64,000 nt of DNA from Antechinus flavipes (lineage: Eukaryota): positions 70,184,001 to 70,248,000 of the forward strand of contig NC_067399.1 of the NCBI RefSeq assembly GCF_016432865.1. The letters are read 5' to 3'. The position numbers and the translations under genes are program-made. Shown piece after piece: positions 11,369 through 24,459 of this stretch (within the stretch, counting starts at the first letter, position 1; every line of letters begins with the position of its first letter). The notes beneath the pieces were generated by a model that had not been told where the DNA came from, searched no databases, and saw only the letters and a program-made list of their open reading frames with translations.

Positions 11369-12136
11369 TTTTATCCATTTCAGAAGCCTGAGTCTTGGAA
11401 TATATTGTTTCCTACACTATTGGTCTGGGAATGAGCTTTTAATCCCTGGAGTGTGTGTGTAGAGATTGTTTTCCCAATTCCTTTGCTAATTTAGTCCCGA
11501 TTAAATGTTTTACTTTTAAAATGCATGTTCATTGTCTGGTCTGCTAGCCTGGTGCAAAGTGAGTTTAGATGAGTTTAGAGATTCCCAGTGGAACTAGGAT
11601 GGGGGCTTAATCCAGATGAGATTCATTAATCATTCACAGCAATCCATGTGGATCTGGAGTTGGGTGCCACATATGCTACAGTATCAAACATTGGAGAGCT
11701 GAGGAAGAGATGCCATGGATTATAGTATAGTGGGAAGAAAACTAGTTCTGGTTTTAAATACCTCCCATTAGAAGACAAATCTAGAAAAATCTATAAAGTA
11801 TCATCTCTAGGTGTGCCATAGCAACTCATGAATATAATCTATTATAGTGGAAAGATGGTAGAAATCTATGCTGGTGAAGAGAGGGCCTATATATAAAGTC
11901 AGATCTTTGAATTATTCAGATATGAATGTAAGTGATTTTACTCATAAGGAAGGCATAAACCAGATCAGAGGAGTTAAAGTTTTCTATAAACATGAACATG
12001 AAATGCACACAACTGAGTTTTCCTTATAGAACTGTTATTAAACAATTTCCACAAGTCATCATTCAATTTACAGAGTTGTGTCATTTTAGTAAATCTATCT
12101 CTATCAAATATTTGAATATTCCATATCAAAGACTTC

Positions 12137-12215
12137 TCTGTCTCTCTCTTTCTCCATCTCTGTCTCCATCTCTCTCTGTCCTTCTGTCTTTCTATCTCTC
12201 TGACTCTCTCTCTCA
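12137..12215. repeat. (TC)-rich microsatellite
   Basis: Read directly. Confidence 0.8.
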
Positions 12216-12999
12216 CCTACCTTTCTATGGCCCATTAATTCTACTTCTGACACCTGGAAATAAGATACAAAATCAAGATGTCTATTGTTTCTACCCCCGT
12301 CATTCTATCTTTCAAATGATTGATGGTGAGATGAAGTTTTTCACATTTTTCCTTGCAAAAATTTGTACCTTATCCCATGCAATAAAGGTTTGCATGTCAA
12401 GTGGGTCAAGTTGGGGGTGGGTATATGAGGATAAAGTGCTTCAGTGAGAGTGCAGGTGCTGAAAGGGATGTTTAAGAACAGAAAAAAAAATATCCACATA
12501 ATAATAACATTGAAGAACGAATGAATAAATGGGTTGGAGAGAGTAATAATAGAAGAGATAGCTTGGCACTTTGTAAATTGGAGGTTGCTGATCCTTTGCT
12601 AGTGTCCTGAGACTTTTGCTGCCACAAATATTTGTACTAAAGCACTGTCTTGTTCATTTGTGACTGAGAAAATGAAAAGAGTCCCATACTACATTTGTAT
12701 AGCACTAAGCATTTTATTATCTTGCTGATACCTCCTTTTAGCTTTTTAAAAACTGCATGCCAATACAGGCTGACAGATGCACTAACAGAGATGGATGCGA
12801 CATTACATTCTGAGTTGTGTTGTACTTGCCAATTGGGGCAAATATTAACTGAGAGTTCTATATGACTGATACCCTGACACATTAGAATTTAATGCTCTAA
12901 TGAAACTCAGAGTAAATTATGCCCAAGTTCATTTCATATGGGTTTATCTTACTCCCTTTTGTGCAAAAAACATCACATGGGAAAACACTTTGGCTGATC

Positions 13000-13220
13000 T
13001 TATAATAATAGCTGACATTTACACATTGCAATAGGTTTACAGAACACTTCAGATATATCATCTCATTTGTTTCTCACAGTAACCCAGTAAATAGGGAGTG
13101 CACAAGTTTGTCTGTTTGTTATACAGATGAGGAAACTGAGGCCCAGGGAGGTAAAATTGTCTTTTATTACATAAGTGATGAAGATTAGAGGCGATATTGA
13201 AATTCAGGGTCTTCTAATAC
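13000..13220 (-). mobile_element. MIR
   Basis: atacagatgaggaaactgaggcccagggagg. Confidence 0.75.
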
Positions 13221-13224
13221 CAAA

Positions 13225-13475
13225 CTAAAGTAGCAAAGTATAATGGAAAGGGTATTGTTACAAATTGTCTTACCTGGCGTCAGGATACCTGGTTTCAGGT
13301 CCTATTCCCAAAATATCTTTTAAGCATATAACAACTGACAAATCAACTCACTTTTTTGAGCCTCAGCTAACTCACATCTAAAATGCAGAGAATATGTATA
13401 GAAACTGCCCCATAGGGCTATTGTGAGACCAGCATACTGGAAACTTTAAGCATTATAGTCATCTGAGCTAGTATA
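13225..13475 (+). mobile_element. MIR
   Basis: caggatacctggtttcaggtcct ... gagcctcag ... tagggctattgtgag. Confidence 0.6.
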
Positions 13476-14139
13476 ATTTCTAGTATCCTTTGGCTATATC
13501 TGTGGTGACATTAGGGATTAATGCACTAGTTATTCATGCTTTTAAAAACTGAATTCCATATCATCCCTGGTAGCAAATTTATTTGATGCTTTCTGATATT
13601 GGAGACTTTTTTTTTTCCATATCATGGAGCTACATGTCTTTTTAGGAGGAGGAAAGGGGGAAATGTGCTAATATTTGTTCTTTTTTTTATTTTAATGCTG
13701 GACATCAAAAATGCCTTTTAAAAATTTACAGATTCATATTTGCCCAGTATCAGGTAATATGAGCATGACTTTAGAGAACAGCACACTCGGCTAGAAGAAA
13801 GATATAGTTTTAGCAATGTAAATGATATAGAGTGAAATCTACTATCCTTGGCATTCTTTTGGATGTGAAATTAACTTCCACTCCTTCAGAAGAGTGTTGG
13901 GAGGATAAACGGCAATAAAAATAAGTGAATTATTTGTAATTGCAGTAAATCTTGCAATATTGCAATAAAATCTCTCCCATATATATAATTTTCTGTTAAA
14001 ATGAAATCATGACAATCATTCAAGCAAATTCCATATGTATCCATTTGTTTTTTTCTTAAATGAGATTTAAAATCAAGTGGTTTATTTCAAATGGCTGGAA
14101 TTCCATCTAATCTGTCTGTCAATTTTTAAAAATCAATAA

Positions 14140-14460
14140 TAATAAACAGTTATTAAACATCTCTCATTAATTACATTCATAATTGAAGGAAATACATGAA
14201 GTTTAGTGAAGACAACTATCTTGCCCTTATAGACCTAGAAGGACAATAAAATTTAAAATAAATGACCAAAATCAAATCATTAGTGATAAAAATCTCAAAA
14301 GAATGAAAGATAAGTGTTAAGTCCTAAGAGGTTAATAATGTCTGAAGGTATTAGAGAAGTTTTCATGAAGAAGGTAATATTTGAGTTGGGCCTTTTTAGG
14401 GTGAGTCAAACACAATAGGAAAGGGAAGGGACAGAGAGCATTCCAAACATAAGAAATGCT
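14140..14460 (-). mobile_element. L2 fragment
   Basis: cttgcccttatagacctag ... ttcatgaagaaggtaatatttgagttgggcc ... gagcattcca. Confidence 0.6.
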
Positions 14461-15142
14461 GTGAATAAAGTTGTGGACTTATCACATGGCAAATTCAGTT
14501 CCAATTTCCCTAGACATGACGTAGAATGTTGTGAGATTAGGCTGAAATGGAAGGTTGGTACCACATTGTAGCTGGCCTTGACTTCCTGATTTAGGAGTTT
14601 GGATATTCTCAATGAATATCCATGATTTGATTTGAGCAAATATGCATTTTATTGTCTCCCATTATAGAATATATGCTCCTTGAAGGAAAGAATTATTTAA
14701 CTTTTGTCTTTTTAATTCAATAGTACAATATCTGGCACAGGAAAAGTGCTTAATAAATGCTTGTCAATTGATTTATAGATCACCTATGCATTATATATAT
14801 ATATATGAAAGCCAGTAGTGTAAAGTATGGTTAAATGGGGATTAAATATTTTTCCATTTTCTATTTTTTTGCCCTATTCTGATCCTCATAGTTTCAATGA
14901 AACTTAAACTGATAGTTTTGACGTTTGCAAAACAAAGTAATAAAAAAAAAAAAAAAGAGAGAGAGAGAGAGACAAATGGAAAGAATGTTAGGCTAAGGAG
15001 TCAAATGGGCAAAGTCTGAGTAATAGCTATTCCATTAATTTACTATGTGACCTTAGCAAATCACTGGACTTATCTGAGATTTCATTGATTCCTTTATAAA
15101 AAGAAAAAGGTTTAATTAGATAATCTTTAAGGTGTTTTTGGA

Positions 15143-15392
15143 ATAACTAGGTGCCATAGTGGAGAAAGTACCAAGCCTGAAGTCAGGAAGACTGACCTTC
15201 CTGAGTTCAATTTGGCCTCAGACACTTACTAGCTGTGTGACCCTGAATAAGTAATTTAATCCTGCTTGCTCAATTTCCACATCTGTAAAATGAGCTGAAG
15301 AAAGGAATGATAAACTATTCTAGTATCTTTACCAAGAAAACCCCAAATGAAATCAGGAAGAGTCCAAGGCAACTGAAAAAACTGAACAAAAA
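15143..15392 (+). mobile_element. MAR1-type SINE (CORE plus RTE-derived tail)
   Basis: ctaggtgccatagtgg...caggaagactgaccttcctgagttc...ctattctagtatctttaccaagaaaaccccaaatg...caactgaaaaaactgaacaa. Confidence 0.85.
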
Positions 15393-16281
15393 GGTTTTTT
15401 CTGCGTTTAACATTATATGATTTCATAACCTTTCATACTATTCATCCTCAAACCCACATTTGCATTAGTTTTATACTTTATTGTATGGACATATTGTTGT
15501 ATGTTCATATCTTCTTTCTTTTATAAGATTATGAATTCCTTTAGAATTGGGACTATGTCTTATTCATCTTTATGCCTCCCACAATACTTAACAGAAGGTC
15601 TTTCATATAGAAAGCATTTAATAAGTATCTGCTAAGTTAATATTTGAATAATTTCTTAAATTAAAAAAACACTTTGGTAAAAGTTTTAAAAATTTATAAA
15701 AAAAAGATTAATGTTTTCACTACTGCTTGCAATTTTTTAGGATCAACACTGGCAAGCTAGCTATTATCCAAAGTGATCAAAATGGTAAAGAAATTAAAGA
15801 TGATACATTGATGAATGAGTCATAGGAATCCTGAGGAAGTGAATACTATGGTCTATGAACATTTTAGAGGCTCTTGTTTGGGAGAATGATTCTACTTGTT
15901 CAGTTTAACATCAGACTGAACTAGAAGCCATGACTGGAAGCCATGGGGGCGCAACTTGGGTTAGATTTAAGAAAAATCAAAGGAACAAACAGATTCTAAC
16001 CATCTTCAGAATAATTTGAGCTATATTAAAATCCCATCCTGATGGATCACAGCAGGAAATAATAAGTTGCTCATTGCTGAAGATATAAAAGCAGACATTA
16101 GATAACTATTTGTCAGAGGCATGGCAAAGGGGATTCTTCTACAGGTGCAATGTTTTTTCCTAATGTTTTAGGCAATAAATATTTATTAAATAGTTACTAT
16201 GTGGCAGGAACTGTGCTAAGTGCTGGAAACCCAAATATAAGAAAAAACTGAGTCCTTGCCCTCAAGAAAAAACAACTATAG

Positions 16282-16383
16282 AGATAGCTCAGTGGCACAG
16301 TGAATAGAGATTGAGCCTGGTGTCAGGAGGATTTGAGTTCAAATACAGCTTGATATTTTATAGTTTCTAGCTGTGTGACTCTG

Positions 16384-16385
<2 letters not shown>
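16282..16385 (+). mobile_element. CORE-SINE head interrupted by (TA)n
   Basis: agtggcacagtgaataga...caggaggatttgagttcaaat...ctagctgtgtgactctggg. Confidence 0.7.

Positions 16386-16438
<53 letters not shown>
16386..16438. repeat. Pure (TA) microsatellite, about 26 units
   Basis: Read directly. Confidence 0.95.
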
Positions 16439-16444
<6 letters not shown>

Positions 16445-17239
16445 CTTGTCAAAACAACAATTCTACACATGCAAGTCATAAAGAGTATCAATGGAAGAAA
16501 TCTCAGAATGAAGGTACTAAAATGGGAGGGAGGAGATTGGGAAAAGGATACTAAGAAAGGCCTCATACATAAGATGACTTTTAAGGTGGCCTCAATGGCC
16601 TCTGATTTGACATTTCTTTAATTTTATATGAATAGCATGGGGTTTTCACCTAAAGTATTCCAAATAAATTAACACTTTTATCCATTATTATACATTAGCT
16701 ACAATAACTAGAGGGTACTAAAGGCTAAGTGGTATGTTGAAGGTTAAACTATTAATTATGATATCAGCCCTGAGATGCTGTTACTGAGAAAGCAAGGCCC
16801 AGTGAGCAGATTGCTGCTTTTGGAAATAAATGACTCGGTCTCTATTATCTTGCCAAACACTAGAACTCACTGTAGGAATTAGGTAAATCACCTCATTTCT
16901 TTTCACGCCACTTGCCACTTCTTCGAACAGTAGCAGTTAGAGGATGCAGAGTGCTGGATCAAGGGACCAGATTTGACTTGGGATCTTCTGGGTTTTATAA
17001 ACTCTAAAACCTGATTTTTAAAATGCATTCATTTATTCATTCATTTGCAAGTTTGCAGAAAAGTTTCTAAATATTTTTTTTGAAATGTGTATATTTTCAA
17101 TAATGCAATAATTTCCATATTTTCTTTAAGTTCTCAGCACTCTACCAATGAAGGCACCATATGGTCCTTTTTTTTTTTTTTTTAACATTCATTTTGTTTA
17201 GTTAAGTATTTTTAAGTGGAATAGTAATTACCACACTTT

Positions 17240-17500
17240 CAAAATTTAAAAGATCTGTGATTTCATGAATGTAGGTGATTTTCCCCAACCAATGGAGATA
17301 ATTCCTCCACACACATATTTCAAAGATGATTAGGTGCCAAAGAAATTCATGTCTTTGTGGTCCAGCTTCTTTTAATAAGCCTGTGCACCCAAACCTAGAA
17401 TGATCCCCACATGATAGACAGAGGAACTTAAATCCTATCCAGGATAGTAGAAACTTCTGGGATTTGTCCTTTACCAGCATTCTTTCTGAGAACTCAGGGT
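17240..17500 (+). mobile_element. Marsupial interspersed repeat (MdoRep/WALLSI-like)
   Basis: aaagatctgtgatttcat...gccaaagaaattcat; a related start also occurs at about 23648; family name from recall. Confidence 0.45.
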
Positions 17501-17799
17501 CCTTTCTTTTCAAATAAGAGCTGTTAATTAATACTAACAATTTATGTTAAGGCAGCACTTTAAGGTATACTAATTTTCATGTACATTTTCTCATTTGATC
17601 CTCACAGCAAACTTGTGTGCTATTATTTTTCCTCTGAGTGACTTGAGAAGATAAAGGACCTAGTGGGGAAAATTTGAGATAAGGTCTGAATTTGTGCCTT
17701 TCTGACTCTATGGAGTCACACTGCCTCTTAAAATGTATTAAGTATCTAAAGGAAAAAAAAAATTGCCAACTAAAACTACATAATATAAACATGTTTTAA

Positions 17800-17945
17800 T
17801 TGGCTGTTTACATATATATGAATATATTACCATACAGGAATTATATGCACATGTATGTGCATATAATGTATATGTATATATGTAACACATATGTACAGAC
17901 ACATGCACATATACACATGCAAAAATACATATATGTATATATGGA
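17800..17945. repeat. TA/CA low-complexity tract
   Basis: Read directly. Confidence 0.8.
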
Positions 17946-19047
17946 AAGATGTGGTTAAAAAAAGGCAAAATGTATGAAAAGAAGACAAATAGCTCCTCAT
18001 TACTGTCATCTCAATAGATGTTTTCTCTCTTCTTAAAGCATCCTGTTGCTTCTGTCAACCTTGCTTGAAGCGTCCATCCCCATCAATTTTCTGTCATATT
18101 TAAATGTCATCCCAAGAAAGGCGAGCTATAGAAAACTAAACTTTCTGAGTGACATTGGTCCTTTTAGGTCATTTGCATTTCTGACACAATTGAAATCATT
18201 CCAGAAAAATTCTGTCTCTATAGGAGTTCTTTGAGGACTAATTGCCTGGATTGTCACTTGATCTGTACATTTTTTATGCACAGGTCAGAAAGTAAGCCTT
18301 TATTAATACTAGGAATATTTTGTTTCATCATGCACGATCAAATAATCTCTCAAACTCAGTCTACTTTGCATTAGTTGTAGCAGGTTGAGGGGACTTTCAT
18401 TATCAATTTGTACTAGTTATTTCAATATTCTGAAGTTCCACAATTCATCAAAGTGGTTGGCCATACTTCTTATACAATTCAGAGTTCACATGAAGCTGAA
18501 TAAGTGGCTTAAGGAGTTTCTTAAGCCAAAACATTCACTCCCTCCTCTCTCCACACCCTCATGCCAGTCTTCAGATAATAAATGTCTCTAATCCATAGGT
18601 AGCACCATACTTGGAAGCTCAACAGACAGCTTCTTGACTGTCTTCTTGACACTGTTTGTGTCCCCATTTGCAACCCATTGCTACAACTTCAAGAGTCTTT
18701 GCTCACTTTCACACATCCCAGTGATGCATCAGGGACAGACATTAGTGACACTGTCCAGGAGAAGAGTTGATATAAGTTTTAGATTTTTCTGTGTTTATAA
18801 TAAAAATACAAATAACTTGTGATTATATAGTCCTTTAAGATTAACAGAAGATTTTCTAACTAATAACACTCTGAAGACAATAGAACAAGTAGGATTATCA
18901 CCATTTCATAGATAAGAAATATAAAGCACATGAAATTGATTTGTCCTCAGATCACATAGATAGTAATTACTAGATCTAGTATTCAAATTAGGTCTTTGGT
19001 TTTCAAATTCAGTTTTCTTCTCAATATATAATGACCTAATGTGCGTA

Positions 19048-19295
19048 GGAGACAGTATGGTGGCTCAGTGGATAGTGTTGGATCTGGAGTTAGGGATATT
19101 TGAGTTCAAATCTGGATTCAAATACTAACTAGTTGTGTGATCCTGAGCAAATCACTTAACCTCTATTTACCTTTATCTACTAGAGAAGGAAATGACAAAA
19201 CACTCCACTATCCTTACCAAGAAACCCTCTTAGACTATATAGTCCATGGCATGATAAATAGTAAAACATGGCTGAACAAATGAACAGTAACAATG
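19048..19295 (+). mobile_element. MAR1-type SINE
   Basis: ggtggctcagtggatag...gagttcaaatctgg...gagaaggaaatgacaaaacactccactatccttaccaagaaa. Confidence 0.8.
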
Positions 19296-19329
19296 TAGTA
19301 TACATACTACTCTATCTTCTGGAAATAAA

Positions 19330-20215
19330 GATAAAGGAGAAAAAAAAATAAAGAAAAACTTCCTTTGCCTACAAGGAGCTCACATTCTAAAGAGAGAAGC
19401 TCTGTACAAATAACAAGCTACATTCAGAATATATGCAGAGTGGATAGAAGCACTTTGAAAAGGAGAGACAACCAAGATAAGTCTCCTGAAGATGGTAGAA
19501 TTTGAGCTAAGTTTTGAAGAAAATTTGAGAAACTAAGAGGCAGAAGGGAGGACACAGAACTTTCCAAGGTTGGGAGACAGTTTCTACAAAATATTGATAT
19601 AGAAAATGGAGAATCATGTTCAAGAAATTACAATGAGTCCAGTACTTTTGGAAAGTAGAGTTTATGGAGGAAAGTATGGTATATGATAACTAGAAAATTT
19701 GGAAGGGGTTAAGTTGTAAAAGACTTTTAATGCTAAACAGAGGAATTTATATTTGATCTTGGAGGTAAAAAAAAATAATTAAAACTCACTGGGTAGGAAG
19801 GTGATATGGTTAGACCTACCCTTTAGGAGAGCTTAAATCAGCTTACAGGGTATTTTGGATTGGGAAAAGAGGAGGCTGGGAACCAACCAGAAGATTATTG
19901 CAACAGTCCCCATGAGAAGTGATAAGAGCCTGAACTAAGGTTATGATTGTGTGAGTACAAAGAGAACAGTATCATGGAAACCAAAAGAAAAGAAAATGTC
20001 CAGAAGGAGAAGGTGTCAAAAGTTTGCAGAAAAGTCAAGAAGGATCAGGATTGAAAAACTACAGTCAGAGCTGGCAATTAAAAGATCACTGGTAACTTTG
20101 GAGAGATCAGTTTTAGTCCCAAACCAAATTACAGAGGGTTTAGAAGAGAATGAAAGGGGAACATGTGGAAATAACTAATGTAGACTCCTTTTCTCAAGGA
20201 TTTTAACTATGAAAG
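19330..20215 (-). mobile_element. L2 LINE, about 0.9 kb
   Basis: cctacaaggagctcacattcta ... gatttgagctaagttttgaag ... gcagaaaagtcaagaaggatcaggattgaaaa ... gatcactggtaactttggagaga. Confidence 0.8.
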
Positions 20216-20439
20216 CTTAGAGGGATGATTGGATGATAATGAATATTAACTAGTGCTAGAACTATATAAAATTCTTAAAAGTTGGATCTTTCATTTTGTT
20301 CTTTCAGTCCCCAGACACTGACACAAAACAAGCACATAATAAATGTTGATTGACTTTATGACCAGAGAGGCAAAATGATTTAGAATGAGTCTAAGTGATT
20401 TAGAATGAATTCTGAATTTGGTGATGGAAATTCTGAATT

Positions 20440-20670
20440 TGAATAATCTTAATAACTTGTACTTATGTTACACTTTGAGGGTTACAAAGTATTTTTCTTA
20501 TTTGATCCTTATAGCAACCATGGATGATAGATATTGTTATTTTTCTTCCTTTACAGGTACAAAGACTGACATTATATTGCCCAGGGTTGTGTAACTAATT
20601 GATGTCAGAGGCAGAATTTGAACTCAGGGTCTTTGGACACCAAGTCCAATATTCTGTTTATTATGCCCAG
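20440..20670 (-). mobile_element. MIR
   Basis: ttgcccagggttgtgtaacta...gaggcagaatttgaactcaggg. Confidence 0.7.
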
Positions 20671-20999
20671 CTCACTGTCCAGCTCTGACACTAACTTCTT
20701 GGCATAAACTTTCTAGACCTCAGTTGCCTCAGCTGTAAAAAAATGAGGAGGTTGAACTAAAAGCCTTGAAAAGTCCCTTTTAAGATCTCCAACTGTGATA
20801 GACAATTAGACTCTGTATTGAGGGATGAGCCTGCTTTCTGCATTAGAAAAATAAAAGGCCTAGAGTAATAATAACTCTGTTCAATTCCAAGCCCTATAAC
20901 TAAATTACTATGAACCTGAGCTGAATTTCTTCTCTCTCACTCTTAAGTTCTTTATCTATCAAGGAAGAGGAGTTGGAATAGGTTTTCTAAGGACCCTTG

Positions 21000-21245
21000 G
21001 TGATATAGCGGTCCAGCAGAGTGGATTGCATACTGGATAAGGAGTCAGGAAGATTTAAAATGGAATTTTGCCTATGGCGTTTGCTTGCTTTGCAACCTTT
21101 ACTTTTCTAAGCCTCAGTTTGCTCATTTGTAAAATGGAAGTAAAACTAAATCTAAAGGATAAATAGTAGTGATGACTAGCACATAGCATTAAGTAAAATG
21201 TTTTGCAAATCTTAAATCTTAAAGTACTGTATGAATGCCAAGCAC
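21000..21245 (+). mobile_element. MIR
   Basis: ggagtcaggaaga...gcctcagtttgctcatttgtaaaatgg. Confidence 0.7.
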
Positions 21246-21269
21246 TAGAAGCAATTTCATAAGTATAGG

Positions 21270-21990
21270 ATTTGTTGAGGCACGTTTAGATAGCAGTTTG
21301 TCCCAAAACAAAATAAAACTGGAAGTTTTAGTGGACTCATATAAGCTCTAGATGAGTCAGCATTGTGATTTTGCAGCCAAAAAATCTAATGAGCTCTTGA
21401 GCTGCTTGAAGAAAATCACAGTTTCCAGGAAGAAGGAGGCAATAGTCTCTCTGTATTCTGCCCTGGTCAGACCATTTCTGAAGAATTGCATTGAATTCTA
21501 GGAATCACTCTTTAAGGAAAACATCCACAATGTTGGAAGACAACCACAATGGTGAAGAGATTTGAATCCGAGTTGTGTGAAGACTGACTGAAGGAGTTCG
21601 AGTTATTTATTCTGGAGAGAAAATCGATGAGAAAGAAGAGCATGATAGGTACATTTAAGTATTTTAGGATGTTATATCTAGTTTGACCCCAGTAAGCATA
21701 ACTAGGATTAATGGGTATGTTACAAAGACAAACATTTGGGCCTGATGTCAGGAAAAACATCAACATCTATACACACACACATCCACCACACCCCTAAAAA
21801 CACACAACCACACAGACACACTCACACCCTCACTTCCTCCCTTCTCTAATTAGAGCTACCCTAAACTGAAATGGAATAGAACCTGTTTAGTAGGTCTTCT
21901 CATGGACATCTTTAAGTAGAGGCAGAAATCCTTTATAAATGGTAAGTTGGAATATATGACTTCTTGGAATCTTTCCAACTATAAGTCTAT
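21270..21990 (+). mobile_element. L3/CR1 LINE 3' region
   Basis: gcagccaaaaaatctaatgagctcttgagctg...ctgtattctgccctggtcagacc...attagagctacc: CR1 RT tail. Confidence 0.8.
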
Positions 21991-22574
21991 GATTTTGTCT
22001 TTATCAGATACAGCTTTCTCTTTTTGTTGCCATTGGAAGGCAGATCCCATTCCTAACTGCAGCCACTGAAGTTCTCAAATGAGCTACCTCTAAAATGTGG
22101 AAATAGCTTTGAGATTAATTTCTATTAAAGCAAACTCAAGTTAGCTTTTCTATTGATGTTGTGAAAAAGAAAATAGTCTTTCTTGTGGTCGATAAAGAAT
22201 TGAAAAGCGTGGTTAATAATAAAAAGAGAATTAGGAGCTCCTTTAATGATGATATGTCATGCGCTGGCCTATAGAATAAATAGCAATTATCACATTGGAG
22301 AAATGAGTTTCTTAGAATTCACATTATTCCTGACAGCTACATCTATATATCATCCCCTTCTGGACTATTCACTTTATTCCTCTTATTGAACAATGAAGCT
22401 TAGCAAAATTCTCCACTCAGGTGCATCTGGTAGAGCATGTTTTGTCTGAAATTCAAGGAAAGGAACAAGTATTAGATATATTGCTATTGTCATTCAATTA
22501 GGCATTATGTTCATTTTTTAGCCAATAATGCAAAATAAGAATGACTCCCATTCTGTAACAAAGTCCCAATGTAG

Positions 22575-22830
22575 GTAGCTAAGTGCTGCAGTGGATAGTG
22601 TGTTGGGAATGGAGTTAAGATTTGAATTCAAATCTGATCTCAGAATACTTACTATCTATTTGGCACTGGACAAATCACTTATCCTCTGTCTGCCTCAGGT
22701 TCCTCAGTAGTTAAATGGGAATAATAACACTTATCTTATCTCATTGTTGTGAGGATTAAATGAGATGAAATTTATAAAACCCTTGCATAGTGCCTGGCAC
22801 ATAACAGGTGCTTAATATTTGTTTCCTCCC
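22575..22830 (+). mobile_element. MIR/Mar CORE-SINE
   Basis: taggtagctaagtgctgcagtggatag...gcctcaggttcctcag...gtgcctggcacataacaggtgcttaat. Confidence 0.8.
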
Positions 22831-23039
22831 TTCATTAGCATAGGAGCTCATCAGTCTTAGAACACAAAGGATTATTTACTTCAGTTCTCTCATTTGACAG
22901 ATGTAAAAAGGGAAGGTCAGATCACCAGTATTCAAACATATCCTCTGCCACCCAGTCCAATACTGCCAGTATTCTGAGGCACTTACAGTGCCTCACTTAT
23001 TCACTTACAGTGAATCCATCTTTCTGAGTTCAAATTTGG

Positions 23040-23225
23040 ATACAGATACTTACTAATAGTGTGCTCCTGGGCAAGTCACTTAATTCTGTTGACCTCAGTT
23101 TGTTCTTCTGTGAAAAATGAGCTAAATAAGGAAATGGCAAACCACTCCATTGTCTTTGATCACAAGCCTCAAATGGGGTCAGGCAAATTAGGAAATGATT
23201 TAAAAAACCAAACAGCAACAACAAA
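23040..23225 (+). mobile_element. MAR1-type SINE, partial
   Basis: ctgggcaagtcactt...aaggaaatggcaaaccactccatt. Confidence 0.75.
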
Positions 23226-24459
23226 CCTGTTTATTCCACTTTATCATGTTGCATTTAGGAGAAAAGACATTGAACTAGGAAATAAAAAACTTGAGTTCTA
23301 GTCCCTACTATCCCTTAGCTCTGTTTTTTTGTTTATAAAATGAAAATATTACATTTTCTAGACACCTTTTGAGATGCTTATAAAGATCAAATGAGTACTG
23401 CATCTAATGGCTTTGCAACAATAAAATTCTATATAAATGCCATCTATTAAAAATATTCTTATTAAATACCCAAAGAATGCTTAAATTATTTAGTACCTCA
23501 ATAATGCAGGCATATCCATATTTTTACCATGTTCTCAGCATTCTTCAGCCAATAGCACCATATGTTCCATTTTTTAAAACTTCTGTTCTATTTAGTTAAG
23601 GTGTTTTTTTTTTTCTTTTTAGCAGAGTAGTAATTACCATCCTTCAAAAGATCTATGATTTCAACTATTAAAGTACACTTTCTACTAATATATCCTAGGA
23701 TCCCTCCAGGTCTTAGTAAATGAATTTTTTGAGTTACAGTGAGTCATAAAAGCAGGATTTTGGGTGGAAAATTAGAATAATACAATCATAAAAGCATGAA
23801 ATGTTAGATTTGGTTGAGACTTTCAGACACAGAATGTCAGGTCTAAAAGGGATTTTTTTAAATCCTTTAATCTAACTCTATCATTGAATACACGAGGATA
23901 CAGAGGATCAGCATGGTTAAATGACCTACCTAAGGTCACAATCTAGTTCATAGAAGGGCCAAAATTAGAATGATGAAATCCTTACACCAAGTCCTATTTT
24001 TCCCTGCTACTCTATAGGATTTTCCAAAAAAAAATTATATTTTTGCTGTGAAATCTGACAACTCCACACATTGAAAGTAGTAGAGATTTACAACCTGCTC
24101 TTCAAGTAAAGGTTAGATGAATGCCTGTTGGGTAAGTGTTAGAGCAGATTTCTTTCAAGGCACATGTCAGACCAGATGACCTCTTTAATTTTAACATTCT
24201 GGGATTCTCTGAAACATGTTTATAGACAGTTCGTCCTTCTGGAAAATTAAAAAAATACCTTCTTTCAAGGAGCTTAGCTTCTAATAGGGAGAGACAACAT
24301 ATAGGATAGGATTCAGCTGCAAGTAAGACCAAAGGGCCTATGGGCTTGGAGTATAGTGGCAAAAGTAATCATTTTGTTTAGATTTTTTTCCTCAATGGTA
24401 AAACCTAATCTGTTTCTAACATTAAGCCATTTGATAATATAAAAGAGAATCATGTGATC

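Noticed and set aside
18046-18234. 62-aa ORF and a minus-strand 66-nt exon-like stretch (LAFLGMTFKYDRKLMGMDASSK)
   Set aside because: The donor (gttgac) is weak and no protein similarity is recognisable.
24102-24362. Minus ORF with a good acceptor (ttttccag|aaggacg)
   Set aside because: The sequence after the acceptor matches a MIR3/L3-type head (agaatcccagaatgtta...gaggtcatctggtc) and an L2 end.
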